Positions 1 through 13,783 of a stretch of DNA of 64,000 nucleotides are shown in pieces. The DNA is from Lama guanicoe (Eukaryota): contig MU054400.1 in NCBI GenBank assembly GCA_013239625.1, positions 3,231,032-3,295,031 on the forward strand, written 5' to 3'. The first letter of the stretch is position 1. Each line of letters opens with the position of its first letter. Under the pieces are notes generated by a model. That model made no database searches, had not been told where the DNA came from, and saw only the letters and a program-made list of their open reading frames with translations. The translations under genes and the position numbers were made by a program.

Positions 1-195
1 AGAATATGCACCCAGTATTAGCACCTCAGGTGGGAATGGTGTGTCTCACTGTCGATCACATGCTTTGGAGAAGAATCAATCACAATGACCCTACCTAGAT
101 GCAAGGAGGGGAGAGGGGAAATGTATTCTTCAGCTAAGCAGCCACTTGAAAGGAAAAAGTGACACTTGTAGGTCAGCTATCTGTCTTTGTCACAG
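1..195 (-). mobile_element. Old MaLR (MLT1-like) LTR fragment
   Basis: Degenerate MLT1-type motifs (cacaatgaccctacctagatgcaaggagg...aaatgtattctt...ggtcagctatctgtctttgtcaca); recognised by eye. Confidence 0.5.
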
Positions 196-1420
196 TTGTC
201 CATAAGCAAGGACTCTCTCAGAGTAAGTTTTCTCCATGAAAGAGATGTGGGAACATCAACATCACTCAAAAACCGACAGAAATAGACAGAGAATATAAAA
301 AACAGGTGTGACTGGAGAACCGCTCCTCATATACGTATAAACATTAGGCACATTTTTGGTTTTATGACTGCATATATAACTTTTTGACTTTGAACCACCA
401 ACCCAGGACAATTTGCTTTACTCTATTCCAGTGTTAAACTGAGCCTTGTAATTGTTTAATCTGCTTATTAAAATCTCAGTCACTGATCACAATTCCAAGC
501 TTTCCAGCTCTCAGTCTCCCATCACAAGCCCCTTCTTCAACTTTCCATAACAAGGAATGTAAAAATGTCAGTCTTCATCTATTGGTAATTGTTACAGCAT
601 ATTCTGTCTCTGACTGAATGTTCCACAAACAAGCAATTAAGGTAATCTTCATCACAGGAGGTAGCTGGAAGAAGTCAAAGCCACAACATGTTTCAAACAG
701 CTGGGGAACAGCAGAAAGACTGGAGGGGAAAAAAAACACACAACATCCTGTGAGCTGGTGTTTTCGTAGAATTTTAAAATAAATGTCAGGAGATGGAACG
801 CAATCATTTATGAGGCACAAAATTAGATTCTTGGGTTGCTACAGTTGTTCAGAGGACAGAACAGAGATTTCTAGATTGTTACCTTGGCAATGAATAGAGC
901 AAATGCTGTGGGTGTTGGTTAGTTTTGCAAAGGCAGTCAAGATTCAAATTCACACGTCACAACAGAGGAGAAAAAACTTCCATGTTTATAATCTGTCCTA
1001 TTCTTAGATATAGATTTAAAATAAAAAATGCTCTCACCAAATTCTTAACAATGGGACGTAAAATCTTTCCAATTTTTCAAACTCTTTTGAGTATAGGGTT
1101 AAGAGACCCACCCGCTCAGGCATTCACAGACTTTCTCCTTGCCCGTAGTTGGCCTTCATTCTGTCTGGCATAGCCTCCTCTAATCTCTCAATTTGGGGTC
1201 CTGTGACATTTCACTGCACAGATTTAATGTCCTTCACAAAGTGCCATCTGATCTCAATGATCTCCATTATTCCAAATGCACTGGCTTCTGAGCATAACCT
1301 TTGCCCATTCTGTTCACCTCGGGAAAGGTGACAGCGACATGCAACTTACATGGTCTGGTGATTTCTAGCAGGCAGTGCTCCCAGTTTCAGCAGTGACTTT
1401 TCCATTCTTATTGGCCCAAG

Positions 1421-1838
1421 TGTAGCAGATGCTGTCAGTGTCTGGCCCATGTTCCCAGGGCTTTTCCCTCCACAACCTGAAGGATCTGAAGTCTGCTTAA
1501 AGCCAAGCTCTGCTACCGACTCAGGGCTCTTTTACTCCAACCATGGGAGCCCCCTCAGCTGGCCCAGGGCAGACCAGGGCTGCCAGGTAGTTAGCGCCCC
1601 TGGAGGGAGCAGCCCCCAGCGGGTGACGCCGCCTTGTGGGGTTAATGCTGAGGCTGGGCTTCATGACCCCCTGAGCTCCCAGGGGACTTGTGCTCCGTCA
1701 CACAGTCTTATTTGATTGCCATCCCTTCCTTGTCTCCCAACTCCCCTTCTGGTGTCTCCTGCGATCTACTTTCCAATAAACTACTTGGAACTGAGTCCTT
1801 GTCTCGTTGTCTACTTTTGAGAGAACCCACTAAGGCAA
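1421..1838 (+). mobile_element. ERVL LTR16-like solo LTR
   Basis: Starts tgtagcagatgc, has gggagcagccc and aataaactactt...gtccttgtctc...gagaacccactaaggca, the typical LTR16 end; resembles the copy at 59975-60440. Confidence 0.65.
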
Positions 1839-2441
1839 CACACTAGACTATAAATGAAATACAAAAAAGAATCTTTCCTAATAAATAAAATTGAACTTCT
1901 ATTAAAATTTCTGGTGACATTTGCAATTTCTTCGGATCCTGCTTTCTGATACCGTATTCATGCAAGACTGGTCTTTGAAGTTGAACAGTGCTCTTCCGAA
2001 ACTCAGTAATAGCATTTTCTTAAAGAAGAATTTTACCCCTTCATAATGGAACTTCTAACACTTTTAAACATTGTAGTTTGTCTGGAATGGGATATTGACA
2101 TGACTTAAAGGAAATGGGCACGTAAGCTTGAGTGACTTCTGAGTAAGGCAGGACAGGGCTGGGAGCTAAGGGTTTAATTTAAATGCAGAATTCCTGTTAA
2201 CATCTTCAGGGCACGCCCAGAACACTGCCAGGTGCTGAGGGTAATCAATAAAAATTGTGATCCTTGCCATAACAGGTTTTATGTTGAAGAAACAGGCATA
2301 CACTTACTCTAAAATAGACTTAAAATAATCACTTACTCCTCCAAAGTTACACTTTCAGCTAAAATAATAGTTAAGGTTGTGTAGTCACTCAATTACTATC
2401 ACTTCATGAAAAGGAACAGAGAGTTTGTAAAAATGTCCTGG

Positions 2442-2779
2442 TGCTGTCGTCTGAATGTTTATGTCACCTTCCCCCACCCCTGGAATTCATATGTTGAAAT
2501 CCGAATGCCTGATGTGATGGTATTAGGAGGTGAAGCCTTGGAGAAGCACTTAGGTCATAAGGGTGGAGCCCTCATGAATGGGATTAGTGCCCTTATAAAA
2601 GACTCCACAAGTTTCCCTAGTCCCTTTCTCCATGGGAGAATGCAATGAGAAGTCTATGACCCAGAAGAGGGCCCTCACTCAACCGTACTGGCACCATGAT
2701 ACTGGACTTTCAGCCTTCAGAATTATGAGGTATCTATTTCTGTTGTTTATAAGCTATCCAGTCTCTGGTATCTAAGACA
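2442..2779 (+). mobile_element. MaLR MLT1A-like LTR
   Basis: ctgaatgtttatgtc...aattcatatgttgaaatcc...ggtggagccctcatgaatgggattagtgcccttataaaaga...ctaagaca. Confidence 0.8.
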
Positions 2780-5700
2780 TCCAGTTTGTAGTCATTCTGT
2801 ATCTTTCAAACTATATTCAGATGGTAGCAGCAATGACAAGAAAAGTCACATTAGGGCTAACATTTGTTAGAGCATTTCTTAACGTAGCAAGTACTCTTTC
2901 TAACAAATAGACCTCTGTACATGATCAGTATGTTACACAAACATAGGATCTCTCCAATGGGATTTATTCATTATCGCTCAGCAGCCTGTCCTTACAAACC
3001 AACCAGCAGACAGTATCGCACAATGCCAACAGCCAGCCTCATGAAATAATTTCTTGCAAATCTAAGGAAAAGGCTTATCAAATCTGTGAGTGATAAGAAA
3101 CCAGATGGGAGAGCAAATACATGGAAAGAGAAAAAAAAAACTCAAAGGTCTTTCTTGGGTTTCATAATATTCCTCTTGTGTTCGTTACAAACTGAACAAT
3201 TAGCATTGATAATGCATAACAAAAACAAACTTGATTTAGATTGCTTCTCACCACTCTCTTCTCAACTTGCTCCATGGACCCTTTCTTTACTTACTGTTTC
3301 TAGATGAAATCTTTAGCCTGTCCTATAGCATTTCAGATCACTCTTAGAAAGTAATCATATATTTACTAGGGTATGAAAAAATCCAACCCAGTTTAATAAC
3401 CACACAGTTCCCATTCTAGTTCAGATAATTATCAAAACTTTGAAGTCTAACCCAGTTAAAGCTTTTCCCTACCTCCACCCAGCTCAGGTCCGATTTAGGT
3501 GTAGGAGTCTGGAAGGAGGGAGTGAGTGGGTCGGTTTCTTCTCTATTTTCTAGCTTCACTCCCACCAACTATAGTCTCTCTAGTTTGAATGTGATGGAAG
3601 GCCAAAGCTAATTCTCTTTTGTGGGTTCCTCAGAGATCTTCTGCTGGAGATTTCCAGCTGTAGGTCCCTCGACTGGGAAAGACCTTTCTCACAGCTTACC
3701 AGTCAAGACTCCTCCCTCATCCCCCAGGGATTCTGGTGTTAGCCCCTATGTCCACCTCTAGGACTCCAACTGGACAAGATACTTTTTAAGACAAGCCAGA
3801 CCAGTTTCCTTTTATACAGTCTACACCCAAGCCATGGAAACCATGGACATTTTGCCCTTGCTCAGTGGATAAGCGTCTTTCTCCAGATGTAGCTCTGTTG
3901 CATCTGCACGTGCCCTTCTGCCCTTAGACTCTTCCTGGCAAGACTGTAACCCCAGTTCTGAGGTTCCCAAACTCCGCAGGAAGCCTTAAAGCCCCTCTCA
4001 CTGAGAGAGGTAAATCCATACTCTGCCCATGGAGGCAGGAAGTTGTTGCCCAAGAACTGCACCAGTCCTCCTCCACTTGCCTCTTCTGTGTCCTGGTGAT
4101 GGACGATGGGCTAGGGCTGGCCAGACTTCTACAATCTCTCAGCATGGTCTGCATTCTGCATATGTGCTCTGACTGCTCTATCTAGGAAACTTGGCTATTT
4201 GGTGTCTACTTAACTATTCACAGCTTTTGTAGACTCAGCCAAAGCTGGAGTCAAAAGGTCTCCTTTTAAATACTGTATAGTAATATGAAATTTAATAATG
4301 GCATAATGAGAGGGAGAACATTATATTCACCAGAAATTCTTGAGAGGAGAATGCTATATTTGTTTGGAATAAATTTCATGAGAAGCTGAGGTCCCCAAGG
4401 GAATTGATCAGGGGCAGAACTTCCTTACATGAAAGATAATAATTCTTTTTAGATTGTGCTGGGGAGGGGAGAAGCTGAAATAAAGCCAGTGGAATGGGAA
4501 AGACTATATAGATTATATATACCATTTCTATTATCACTATGGGGACTTTAATTTGTATTAAAGCATTAAAATACCCATCGTGATAAAATGCACTGAGTGG
4601 ATTTCCAGTTTAAACCAATGAAAAATCTGATTAATGTATTCTAGAAGGCCCAGGTAGAGTGTGATCACTCACACAATATAGGAATACAATAGTGGGGAAA
4701 AAACACGATTAAGTTGTGTCTAGGAAAGCAAAGAATTCTTAAGGAGACATCAAGACAGTACCAACCTACAGAATTAGCACTCTACCATTGTTAACCAGAA
4801 TCCTGAGTTGTGGGACATCCCCACCCCATCCACATTTGTATAGTGAGAAATATAAGATACTACGTTTGTTCCTGAAACTGACCTTTTAAGCTCAAAATGG
4901 AGATAATTAAGATTATGCAGGAGGAGGTCCCAAACACTGATGGTCAGGGATGTCCAGAGAGATAATGGGAATCACATAAGGTGGTGTGTTCCGTCTTGAC
5001 AGGCATACAAGCACAGAGTGAATGATCATTTAGCTGGATGTTACAGAAGGGATTTAAACGCTAGGTGGTTGAAATAGACAATCTTTGTTTCTCTGCCAGG
5101 GCTGAGTGTAGGTAATTCTACTATTACCGTGAACATTTGCTTGCAAATGGAAACTAAAAGTCAATGTAGACAAGTATTTAAAAATAAGGCAATGTTTTTA
5201 CCATTATCCTTTCTTTCCCAAATATTCTGGAGTAACTACAGAGGATTAACAAAGGATAATTGGGGAATCTGAGAAATAGAAGTTGTTATTGCTCATCTGT
5301 CAAGAGCTATTCCAGATTTTGATTGTAAACTTTTTTAATGTTTTGTCCAGCCTGATTTTTCCTACAGCTTTAAGAAAACCATATTGGAATTACTAAATGT
5401 ACTTACTTGTTCAGAAATTATTATACCTCTGGATTAGATCACACTAATAAAAAGAATCGTAAGGTTTATGAAAGTATTAACCTTTAACTGAAACATATAT
5501 TTGATTAGGGACAATAAAACAAGATGCGTCCATCTCTTTGAGAGAATTTTTCACATGCCTAATTAACAGAGAGGAAACAACATGATACAACATTTCCTGT
5601 TGTAGAATTAGAGGCCATGACAGAACTTGATAAAGTGACAAATGGATGCACCTCATCCCATGGGGACAATAACACTGAATGCCAGGTAACTAATTTGCAC

Positions 5701-8141
5701 CTAGAAAATGTACCTCCTTCTTACAAATTCTAGCTTGGTTTATGCCCTAAAAGTGGCTAGCTCATCTGAAGGAAGGAGAAATGGTTATTGTTAGGAGAAG
5801 GCCTGTTTTAATAGCCAAGTCCATTTTTCTCTGATACACATGTTATCCTGCAAGGTCATTTAAATGTTGCTGTCCCCACCCCCAATCCCATAACATGGGG
5901 AGGAGGTAAGTGGCCTACACACTCTGACATGACCAAGGCTTCGAAATGGTAGATTCTGTTTATACTGAACCCATTCTGGTTATGATTCTTGCAACTGGTT
6001 ACAAGCTTGCAACTATCCTCAAATGTAACTATTAATTGTCTGTTTATAGTTGGACCAAAAAGTTAAATTTCCATCAGATCCACTCAAGTTCTTTAGCTCC
6101 AAAATTCACTTGATTCCCAAATTTTCCTTTCTAAAACATTTTGGAGTAATGGAAAGCAAATTTATAGCAAGTCAGGTAGATTGTAATATTTCCACTACCC
6201 CTCACCCCTCAGGTACTTTATAAATTTCTGTCTGAGCTTACTCCAAAAGGAAAAGTAACTTCTACTAACATTTTGTTTATCCTCTCCTTCCCTAACATAC
6301 ACAGTTAGGACTGGCTGTAGGATTGGTGCTCTATGGGCCTTCAGAAGAGAAAACAAACAGACCTGGGGGCCCCAGATCATAGCCCTTAGTGCTGTGGCTG
6401 GATGAGGCAGCAAGAGGCTAGAGACATGGCATACTAATTATCTGTTGGTGCATAATATATAATGGTTTAAAATTTAATGCCTTAAAAGAGCAACAATTTA
6501 GCTCATACGGCTATGGGTTGACCAGATGGCTCCACTGATCTAGACTCAGTTTACTCATATGTCTCCAGTTTGCCCTGCTCATCAATTTAACACGGTCCAG
6601 CAGCCAGAATTGAGCTCCCAGGCAAGGAGGATTTTGCAGTAATCAGACTTTAGTGTTTAGAAATGAAACACTCAGGGTCTACTTCAGTATGGACACAGCT
6701 GATCTCCAGTTTCCTTGTGACAGTGATAATCACCTGCATTTGAATTCACATTCAAGTTTACCAAATTATATTTTTGTGTCATCTCATTTATTCTTCCCAA
6801 GTTAGACTTGGAAAAGATTTTACTGGTAAGGATACGGAGGTTCCAAGGGTCATGTAACTTGTACAGGGTCGAACCACATTTAAATAATAGCAGAAGTGGA
6901 TCCCCAATTCTGTGATCTCTTCATCTGGAATGCTGTCTCTTTTGCTTCCTTGACAAACTCCTACCCATCTGTCATTGACCTAGCTGAAAAGTTGTGATTT
7001 TAAAAATCAAACACATCAGTGATGCCAATTACTATAAATCTAAGCAAGCAAAAAAAAAAAAAAGAAGAAAGAAGATGGTTGATGGGGAAACGGGAAGTCT
7101 CTTCCTGCACACCTTAGAGAGGGGAAGGGGCTAAAATCTTCTGACAGATGGGAGGGGAAATGCCAAAATATACTACATATGGGGGAAAGTATTTAGAGAT
7201 CTTATCTTAAAATTCAGAGAGAAGCCAAAATAAGAACTTTTCCCTAGAACTTTCATAGGGACTCTAAGTAAGATGCTTGCTTCATTGCCAGATCCTATAA
7301 TATCAGAGGTGACAATCAGAGGCTGATCACTGACATTTGGATAGAAAGAGCCAAGGGTGAGCCCACGTGTGAGGGAACGTCTAGGTAAGGGGCTGGTGAG
7401 GAGGGAGAGCTCTTCCGTTTGTGTCCTCCTGTGAAAACTGTTCTGTTGGTCCCAGCTGCCGGGAGAACAATGATGCTTTATGGTGGGGAAAATTAGATTT
7501 TCCAGTCCCATCACTTCTGCCTGGTACATATTGGTCAACCAAGAAGAGAATGAAAGGGAGAGAGAGAGAGAGAGAACTTTAAGGGATGGGGTTGAAAAGG
7601 AGGCTGGGGTGGCTGAGGAGGAGGAAGAAGGCTGATCTGGGGAGAGGAAGTTACAGGAGAGATGCACAGGTAGCAATGGCAGGTGCAAAGGAGAGTCACG
7701 GGTCCCAGATGCAGAAAGGCAGGCAGGAAAGGAGGTATGGTCGGGGGTTCCAGGGCTCTGAGAGCTCAAGTGGCCTTCTGGACAGCACAGCCCTCCCCTC
7801 CATTTTCTCAAGGATAAAAGAAAGGTTTCGAGAAGTAAAATGACCCATCAGAGCCCGGCTGATGGTGCATTCCCGGGACTAAAATTCAGGTGTCCTCACT
7901 TCCAGCCCTGAGACAGGAGCTGGAAGGGACCAGAGTGAGCGTGCGTGGAGACTAGATTCTGCCAGTCGCTGTACCCTGGGCCCTACACAGACGCTCTTCA
8001 CAGCAGTCCCTTGAGGGACACGGACTTTTCCCCACGATGATGCCCCTGTGGACGAGAGAGGTGAAGTGCTTGCTCAAGGTACAAAGGCAGGAGGCTGAAG
8101 ATCTGGGGTTGCATCCAGACCGACTGTCAAGGTTGTACAAG

Positions 8142-8412
8142 TGTACTAGCTTTCTGTTGCTGCCATACGAATTATCACAAACCTAGTGACTTAAACAATA
8201 CATATCTATTATGATTCTGAGGCAAAAAGTCTGATACAGATCTCACTGGGCTAAAGTCAAATCAAGGTGCCAGGGCTGTGTTCCCTTTTGAAGGCTCTAA
8301 GGGAGAGTCTGGTTCCTATTCATTCAGGTTATTGGCAGAATGCAGTTCCTTGAGATTACAGGAATAAGATTCCTGTTTTGCTGGCTGTAAACAAAGAGTC
8401 ATTCCCAACATC
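8142..8412 (-). mobile_element. MaLR MLT1 (MLT1E-like) LTR, left half; interrupted by L1
   Basis: ttgctgccatacgaattatcacaaacctagtgacttaaacaa...ggctctaagggagagtct...; continues at 9143. Confidence 0.7.
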
Positions 8413-9142
8413 TGTAAATTGGTGTAGCCACTGTGGAGAACAGTATGGAGGTTCCTTAAAAAACTAAAAGCAGAGTTACCATATGAGCCAGCCATCCCCT
8501 CCTGGGCATTTTTCTGGAGAAAATTCTAATTCAAAAAGACACCTGCACCCCAATGTTTATAGCAGCATTATTTATAATAGCTAAGACATGGAAACAATCT
8601 AAATGTCCAGTGACAGATGAATGGATAAAGAAGATGTGGTGTGTATATATGTGTATACACACACACACACACATATACACACACAATAGAATACTACTCA
8701 GCCATAAAAAGAATAAAATAATGCCATTTGCAGCAACATGGATGGAGCTAGAGATGATCAAAGTAAGTGAAGTTAATCAGAAAGAGAAAGACAAATACCA
8801 TATGATATCGCTGACATGTGGAATCTAAAATATGATACAAACGAAATTATTTACAAACCAGAAGCAGACTCACAAACATAAAAAACAAACTATGGTTACC
8901 AAAGGGTAATGCAGGTGGGGAAGGGATAAATTAGGAGTTTGGGATTAATAGACACACGCTATTGTATATAAAATAAGTAAACAGCAAGGACCTAATGTAT
9001 AGCACAGGGAACTATATTCAATATTCTGATTTTAAAAACCATAATGGAAAAGAATCTGAAGAAGAAAAATATATATATATATAACTGAATCACTTCGCTG
9101 TACACCAGAAACTAACACGACACTATACATTAACTATACTTC
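8413..9142 (+). mobile_element. L1 3' end (ORF2 C-terminus + 3'UTR), no poly(A) tail
   Basis: ORF track peptide MFIAALFIIAKTWKQSKCPVTDEWIKKMW...MPFAATWMELE; artiodactyl-type 3'UTR (gtatagcacagggaactatattcaata...aactatacttc). Confidence 0.9.
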
Positions 9143-9470
9143 TAGAGGCCTCTGTATATTTTACCTGGAAACCCTCATCCCCCATCTTCAAAGTCAGCGA
9201 CAGCCAGTCAGAGTCCTATTTTGTCACATGTGTCTGATCCTTCTTTCTGGTCACATCTTGCTGTCAGCAGCCATAAAAAGATCATTTGTTTTTAAAGTCA
9301 TGTGATTAGATTGGGCCCACCTGGATAATTTAGGGTAATCTCTTTTCTCAAGGACCATAACCTAACCACATCTGCAAAGTCCCTTTGGCCATGTAAGGTG
9401 ACATATTCCCAGATACAGATGATGAGGCCAATGGACATCCTTGGGGAGCCATCATTGTGCCCTCTACAAC
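9143..9470 (-). mobile_element. MaLR MLT1 LTR, right half
   Basis: gtgattagattgggcccacctggataat...cacatctgcaaagtccctttggccatgtaaggtgacatattc. Confidence 0.75.
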
Positions 9471-9799
9471 CAGTACACCAGGGAGTTGACTATCTCCTGC
9501 TAATCTCTGAAACTGTTAATGTTAAGTTGAAGAATTTGTTTGTTTGTTTGTTTTTTACTTCCTTGAATGTTTGATAAAACTTTCAGCAAAGCCACAGGAG
9601 TCTAGAATTTTCTTAGTGAAAGCATCTCTTTATTACTGGTTATACTGGTCAGGGTAGGAGGCTATTCTATAGTCACAAGTGCACCCAAAGTCTCAGGGGT
9701 GTAGAACAGCAAAGGCTTATTTCTCAGGTCACACTTGAATACGGGGTGGGCAGATCTTCTGGTGGCTGTCTTCCAAGGTTCCACACAGCACTGAAGGTT

Positions 9800-10110
9800 T
9801 CTTTCAAAAGTGGGAAAACCAAAATATGCATGACTAGTAGAATGAATAAATAAATTATAGTATATTCACACTTGGGAATAATACATAGCGATGAAAATGG
9901 ACAAGTTAGAACTACATGCAACTGTTTGATGAATCTTACAAACAATGCTAAGTGCAATAAGCAAGAAATAAAGAAATCAGACAGAATTATTCCGATGATA
10001 TTAAGGTCAAAGTCAGGCAAACCTAATCTATTTTTTAGGGATGCAGAAATAAGAGGCAAAAGTGAAGCAAGAAAGAAATTAGACAAAAGTCAGGACACTG
10101 GTTATCCCCA
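9800..10110 (+). mobile_element. Ancient L1 (L1ME-like) 3' fragment
   Basis: gaatgaataaataaattatagtatattcac...gatgaatcttacaaacaatgctaagtg...aggcaaacctaatcta. Confidence 0.55.
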
Positions 10111-10534
10111 GGTGAAAATAGTATTTCAAGTTCTAAAGCTTTGTTTCAAGTAATCTTTTACTAAGACAGTCTTAAATCTGTGATTACCGCCATCAGTGGT
10201 AATCTTTACTTCCCCAAAATACGAAAAAATATCTATTAAATTATTTTAAACAGCATCGCATATAAGAGGAAGGTTTTTCATATGGAAAGGAGTTTTGAAG
10301 TAGGAGGAGGCAGAGGGAAATTGTTTTCTCTCAGCCCACACCTGTTGGTGTAAGATGAAGCTGTACTTCTGTTTCAACCCCTACTCTGGTCAAACACGTT
10401 CACTGGATTCAGTTTAATGTCCTAATGCCTGTGTTATTTCACACGTGTGTGAACTGGTGCACACCTGTATATATATGACTTACGCGAGGGGGTGGCTTTT
10501 ATATAGAATACGGTATGAATTGTTCCCTTGGGAA

Positions 10535-10536
<2 letters not shown>

Positions 10537-10584
<48 letters not shown>
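10537..10584. repeat. (TG)24 microsatellite
   Basis: Perfect TG run read directly. Confidence 0.95.
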
Positions 10585-10589
<5 letters not shown>

Positions 10590-11472
10590 AAACTGCCACG
10601 TGTATTATAGCCATTTGTAGGTCTTCCGTGACAGTCCTGGGGTATCTATTCCCATCCCTTAATAACCACAGTCAAAATAATCGTAGTTTAAAATAGCCAA
10701 ACAACAAACTGAAAAGGAAGCAGTCACATTTTGCAGCCAATGTAGCCATGTCTGAGGGTCTGTTACTGGTTGGCCATGATTGTACACAGATTTAGATTGT
10801 GTTTTCTTCAGTTCCCCATAAGCCCCCAGTTCCCAAACAGCTTTCCTTGGAACCCCAGTAATCTCTAAGATATTATTAGATGTTTTGTGAACAAAAACCA
10901 AAAGTGGCTTTGCTTCACAGCAGTTGGGAGGAAATGATTAACTAAATAACATTAAACCCTCGCTTCGACCATTTGGAGTCTCACATGCATCGTGCACCTC
11001 CAGGTCAGGACACCAGAAGCAGCGCCCCCAGACTTACATGTGGTTTGGGTTTGGAACTGCTCCTTTGCACGGGTGATTCTCTAACAATTTAGACTGTAAC
11101 ACGTTATCAACAGAACCAAAGTAATAAAGAAAAAAGAGACTCTTATTTTACTTATCCATTTTCCATTGCCATTGAAAAGAAGAAATATCAGTGGAACTGT
11201 ATGCTTGCACTGAGAAGACACACACGGGAAAAATAGTAATATTTTGATTTATTTTATGGTCCATGGGCAGACTGTCAAGGCCACCATAGACGCACCTGAG
11301 GAATACTGCCCTGGAGCACACGGCTTTCTTGCAAATATCTAAACAGCTACAACTCAGTGGAACGCATTGTGAAGATATAAACTTGGCATTAATCTTTAAT
11401 TATGTCAACCTGAATGCAATACATTATAACCAGCTACACAGGGATAAAAGGTCTTTTCTCTTCTTATTGTCA

Positions 11473-11971
11473 TTTTTCTGAGGGGAGTAATTAGGTTTCA
11501 TTTATTTATTTTTTTTCTTTTTGTTTTAAGGAATTTTATTTAAATTTTTACACGTATTTTACATTTTATAAGTAAGAAAAACCCATCGCTCTTGCTTATT
11601 TTCTTACTATAAAACTAATACAACGGCCTCATTTTATTTCTAGTGGCAAGGTTCATTTTAAATTGAAATTTTAAATTCATTGGAGGGCTAGTTCATATAA
11701 TTCTTTTTTTATTGAGTTATAGTCAGTTTACAATGTTGTGTCAATTTCTGGTGTACAGCACAATTTTTCAGTCATAAATGAATATACGTATATTTGTTTT
11801 CATATCCTTTTTCACTGTCAGCTACTACAAGATCTTGAATATATTTCCCTGTGCTGTACAGTATAAACTTGTTTATCTATTCTATTTGTTTTTAGAGGAG
11901 GTACTGGGGATTGAATCCAGGACCTCGTGCATGCTAAGCATGTGCTGTATCACTTGAGCTATGCCCTTCCC
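11473..11971 (-). mobile_element. Vic-1-like tRNA-Ala SINE split by an L1 3'-end insertion
   Basis: SINE tail (ggggagtaattaggttt) at ~11473-11508 and SINE head (ggaggtactggggattgaatccaggacctcgtgcatgctaagc...gagctatgcccttccc) at ~11886-11971. Confidence 0.8.
11704..11885 (-). mobile_element. Short 5'-truncated L1 3'UTR
   Basis: ttttattgagttatagtcagtttacaatgttgtgtcaatttctggtgtacagc...ttccctgtgctgtacag is the reverse complement of the L1 3' end seen at 9000-9140. Confidence 0.85.
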
Positions 11972-13639
11972 TTTTTATAACTACCATTTATTATCTACAG
12001 TACTAACTCTTGAATTTAAGAATAGTATTCCCATAATCATCTAGAGTTAAGTCAAAAATGTGGGACTATTTTGCAAGTAGGCATGCTACAAAAAATTCCA
12101 CACCATTAAAGGCGTGTCTCATAAGCGTCAATGGATTTTTTTTCCCCCATGGTTGGAGTTACTTGCCTTCAAGATAACTGAACTCAATAACCCTACAAAG
12201 CATCAAAGAGGGGGAGTACTTCCAAATGTTAAATCGCTTCCTTCCAAGGAACATGACACAAATGACCAGGGGAGGGCTACTAAACCCACATGCTAGTCAT
12301 CTCTGACAGCAGCCAGGAAGCCATGCCTCTGTTGCAAGACGAGTGAGTAACCATTGTAGTACAGCAGGTGTGGGCTCCAGAAATACTTTCATGACTGTGT
12401 ACAATCCGTGTTCCTAATTTCCTTCTCGGATTCACTTGGGCTGTTCCAGAAGGGGAACTGAGGCAGGACTAAGGCTAAGGGAACTAAGGCTAAACAGGGC
12501 CACAACTTACTCTTGAACAGCCACAGGCAGATGTGTCTCTGAACCAGCAAAATGTTTTCTCTACAGTTGGCTTAAGCCAGTTCCTCTTAGCCTCCATCCC
12601 CTCCTTCCAAACACACACTGTGCATATTTCTTCCCTGAGGGTTACCTGTTAGCTACATGCGTACAGCATAGCCATTTGGTCCCCAGTTGGGAACAAGCAG
12701 TTGCTATTGAAGTGTGTGTAAACCAGAAATAAATATGAGTTCCTGGGCAATGACTTAGCCTAGGAACAAGCAGGCCTGCAATAATTAACTGGAGATGGTC
12801 TTTTTATTTTTTAAAAGTGTATTCTTGGAATAGTAGGAACTCTCCAACTATTAATTTTCGGAGATAGTGTTTTCTATTAGTAAATGCATCCCTATCATTT
12901 GTTATAAAAACTCTGTGAAGCGTGTGATCTTCACTGTATATGTGCAAACCAAAAATGCTTTTGGTTTCGAGATGCTTTAGCCGAGAGTACAAAATTCAAG
13001 TTAAACATACTTCCTGATATCTGAACTTGTTTATTCTTACTAGAAAGAAGAGGGAACAAATGGCAAAGAAATCACATTTTTCATAGTGAAAATGTTTTGT
13101 TTAGTAGACCCATTAATCTCTCAAATATGCATCGAAGATACGCTATGTGTCAGACACAATGCTGCGTGGGGGGACAGCTAAAAAGCAGCTGCAAACTGCC
13201 TCACACTTCTTCCTATATCATATTGCCTTTAGTTAGCTCAAAGCTCATTCAGTAAAGCTTCTGGCCCTCACTAGTCCTTATCAGTGTAGTGTCTAACATG
13301 GAATCTTATAAATAACAACAGTGAGGGAAAAGACTGCTACACTGGGCATTTATTTGCATAGGCTGTTATTTACATAACTCATTCATTTAAGTGGGTGCCA
13401 TTGCATCCACATTTCTCAGATAAAACACAGACTAATGTAACTCTCTCAGGGTATTGGAATCTGTTGGACTAGTACCAAAGAACACTCTCTTGATTCTGTC
13501 TGTTAAGTCAACTGATGAATAAATTAGAGAGAAGAAACTTGAACTTTCTCCTGAAGGACAAAAGAAGTTCATTTAGCAGACCTAGAGGGGAGAGTATTCC
13601 TGGAGGAGGGAACAACACATACCTAGGCAGAGCACGCAG

Positions 13640-13778
13640 TACAATAGTGCAGTCATCAGCCACATGTAGCCACTGAGAACCTGAAATGTGCCTAATATGA
13701 AATGAGATGTGCTATAAAGTGCCAAGTACTTATTGGCTTTCAAAGACTGGTATGAAAAAAAGGACGAAAAAAATATTT
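13640..13778 (+). mobile_element. MER33-like hAT-Charlie fragment
   Basis: agccacatgtagccactgagaacctgaaatgtg...gagatgtgctataaagtg...caaagactggtatgaaaaaa. Confidence 0.6.
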
Positions 13779-13783
13779 CGCTA

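Noticed and set aside
7173..7811. 212-aa minus-strand ORF
   Set aside because: Ser/Pro/Leu-rich product of a purine-rich (AG)n-containing tract; no recognisable homology.
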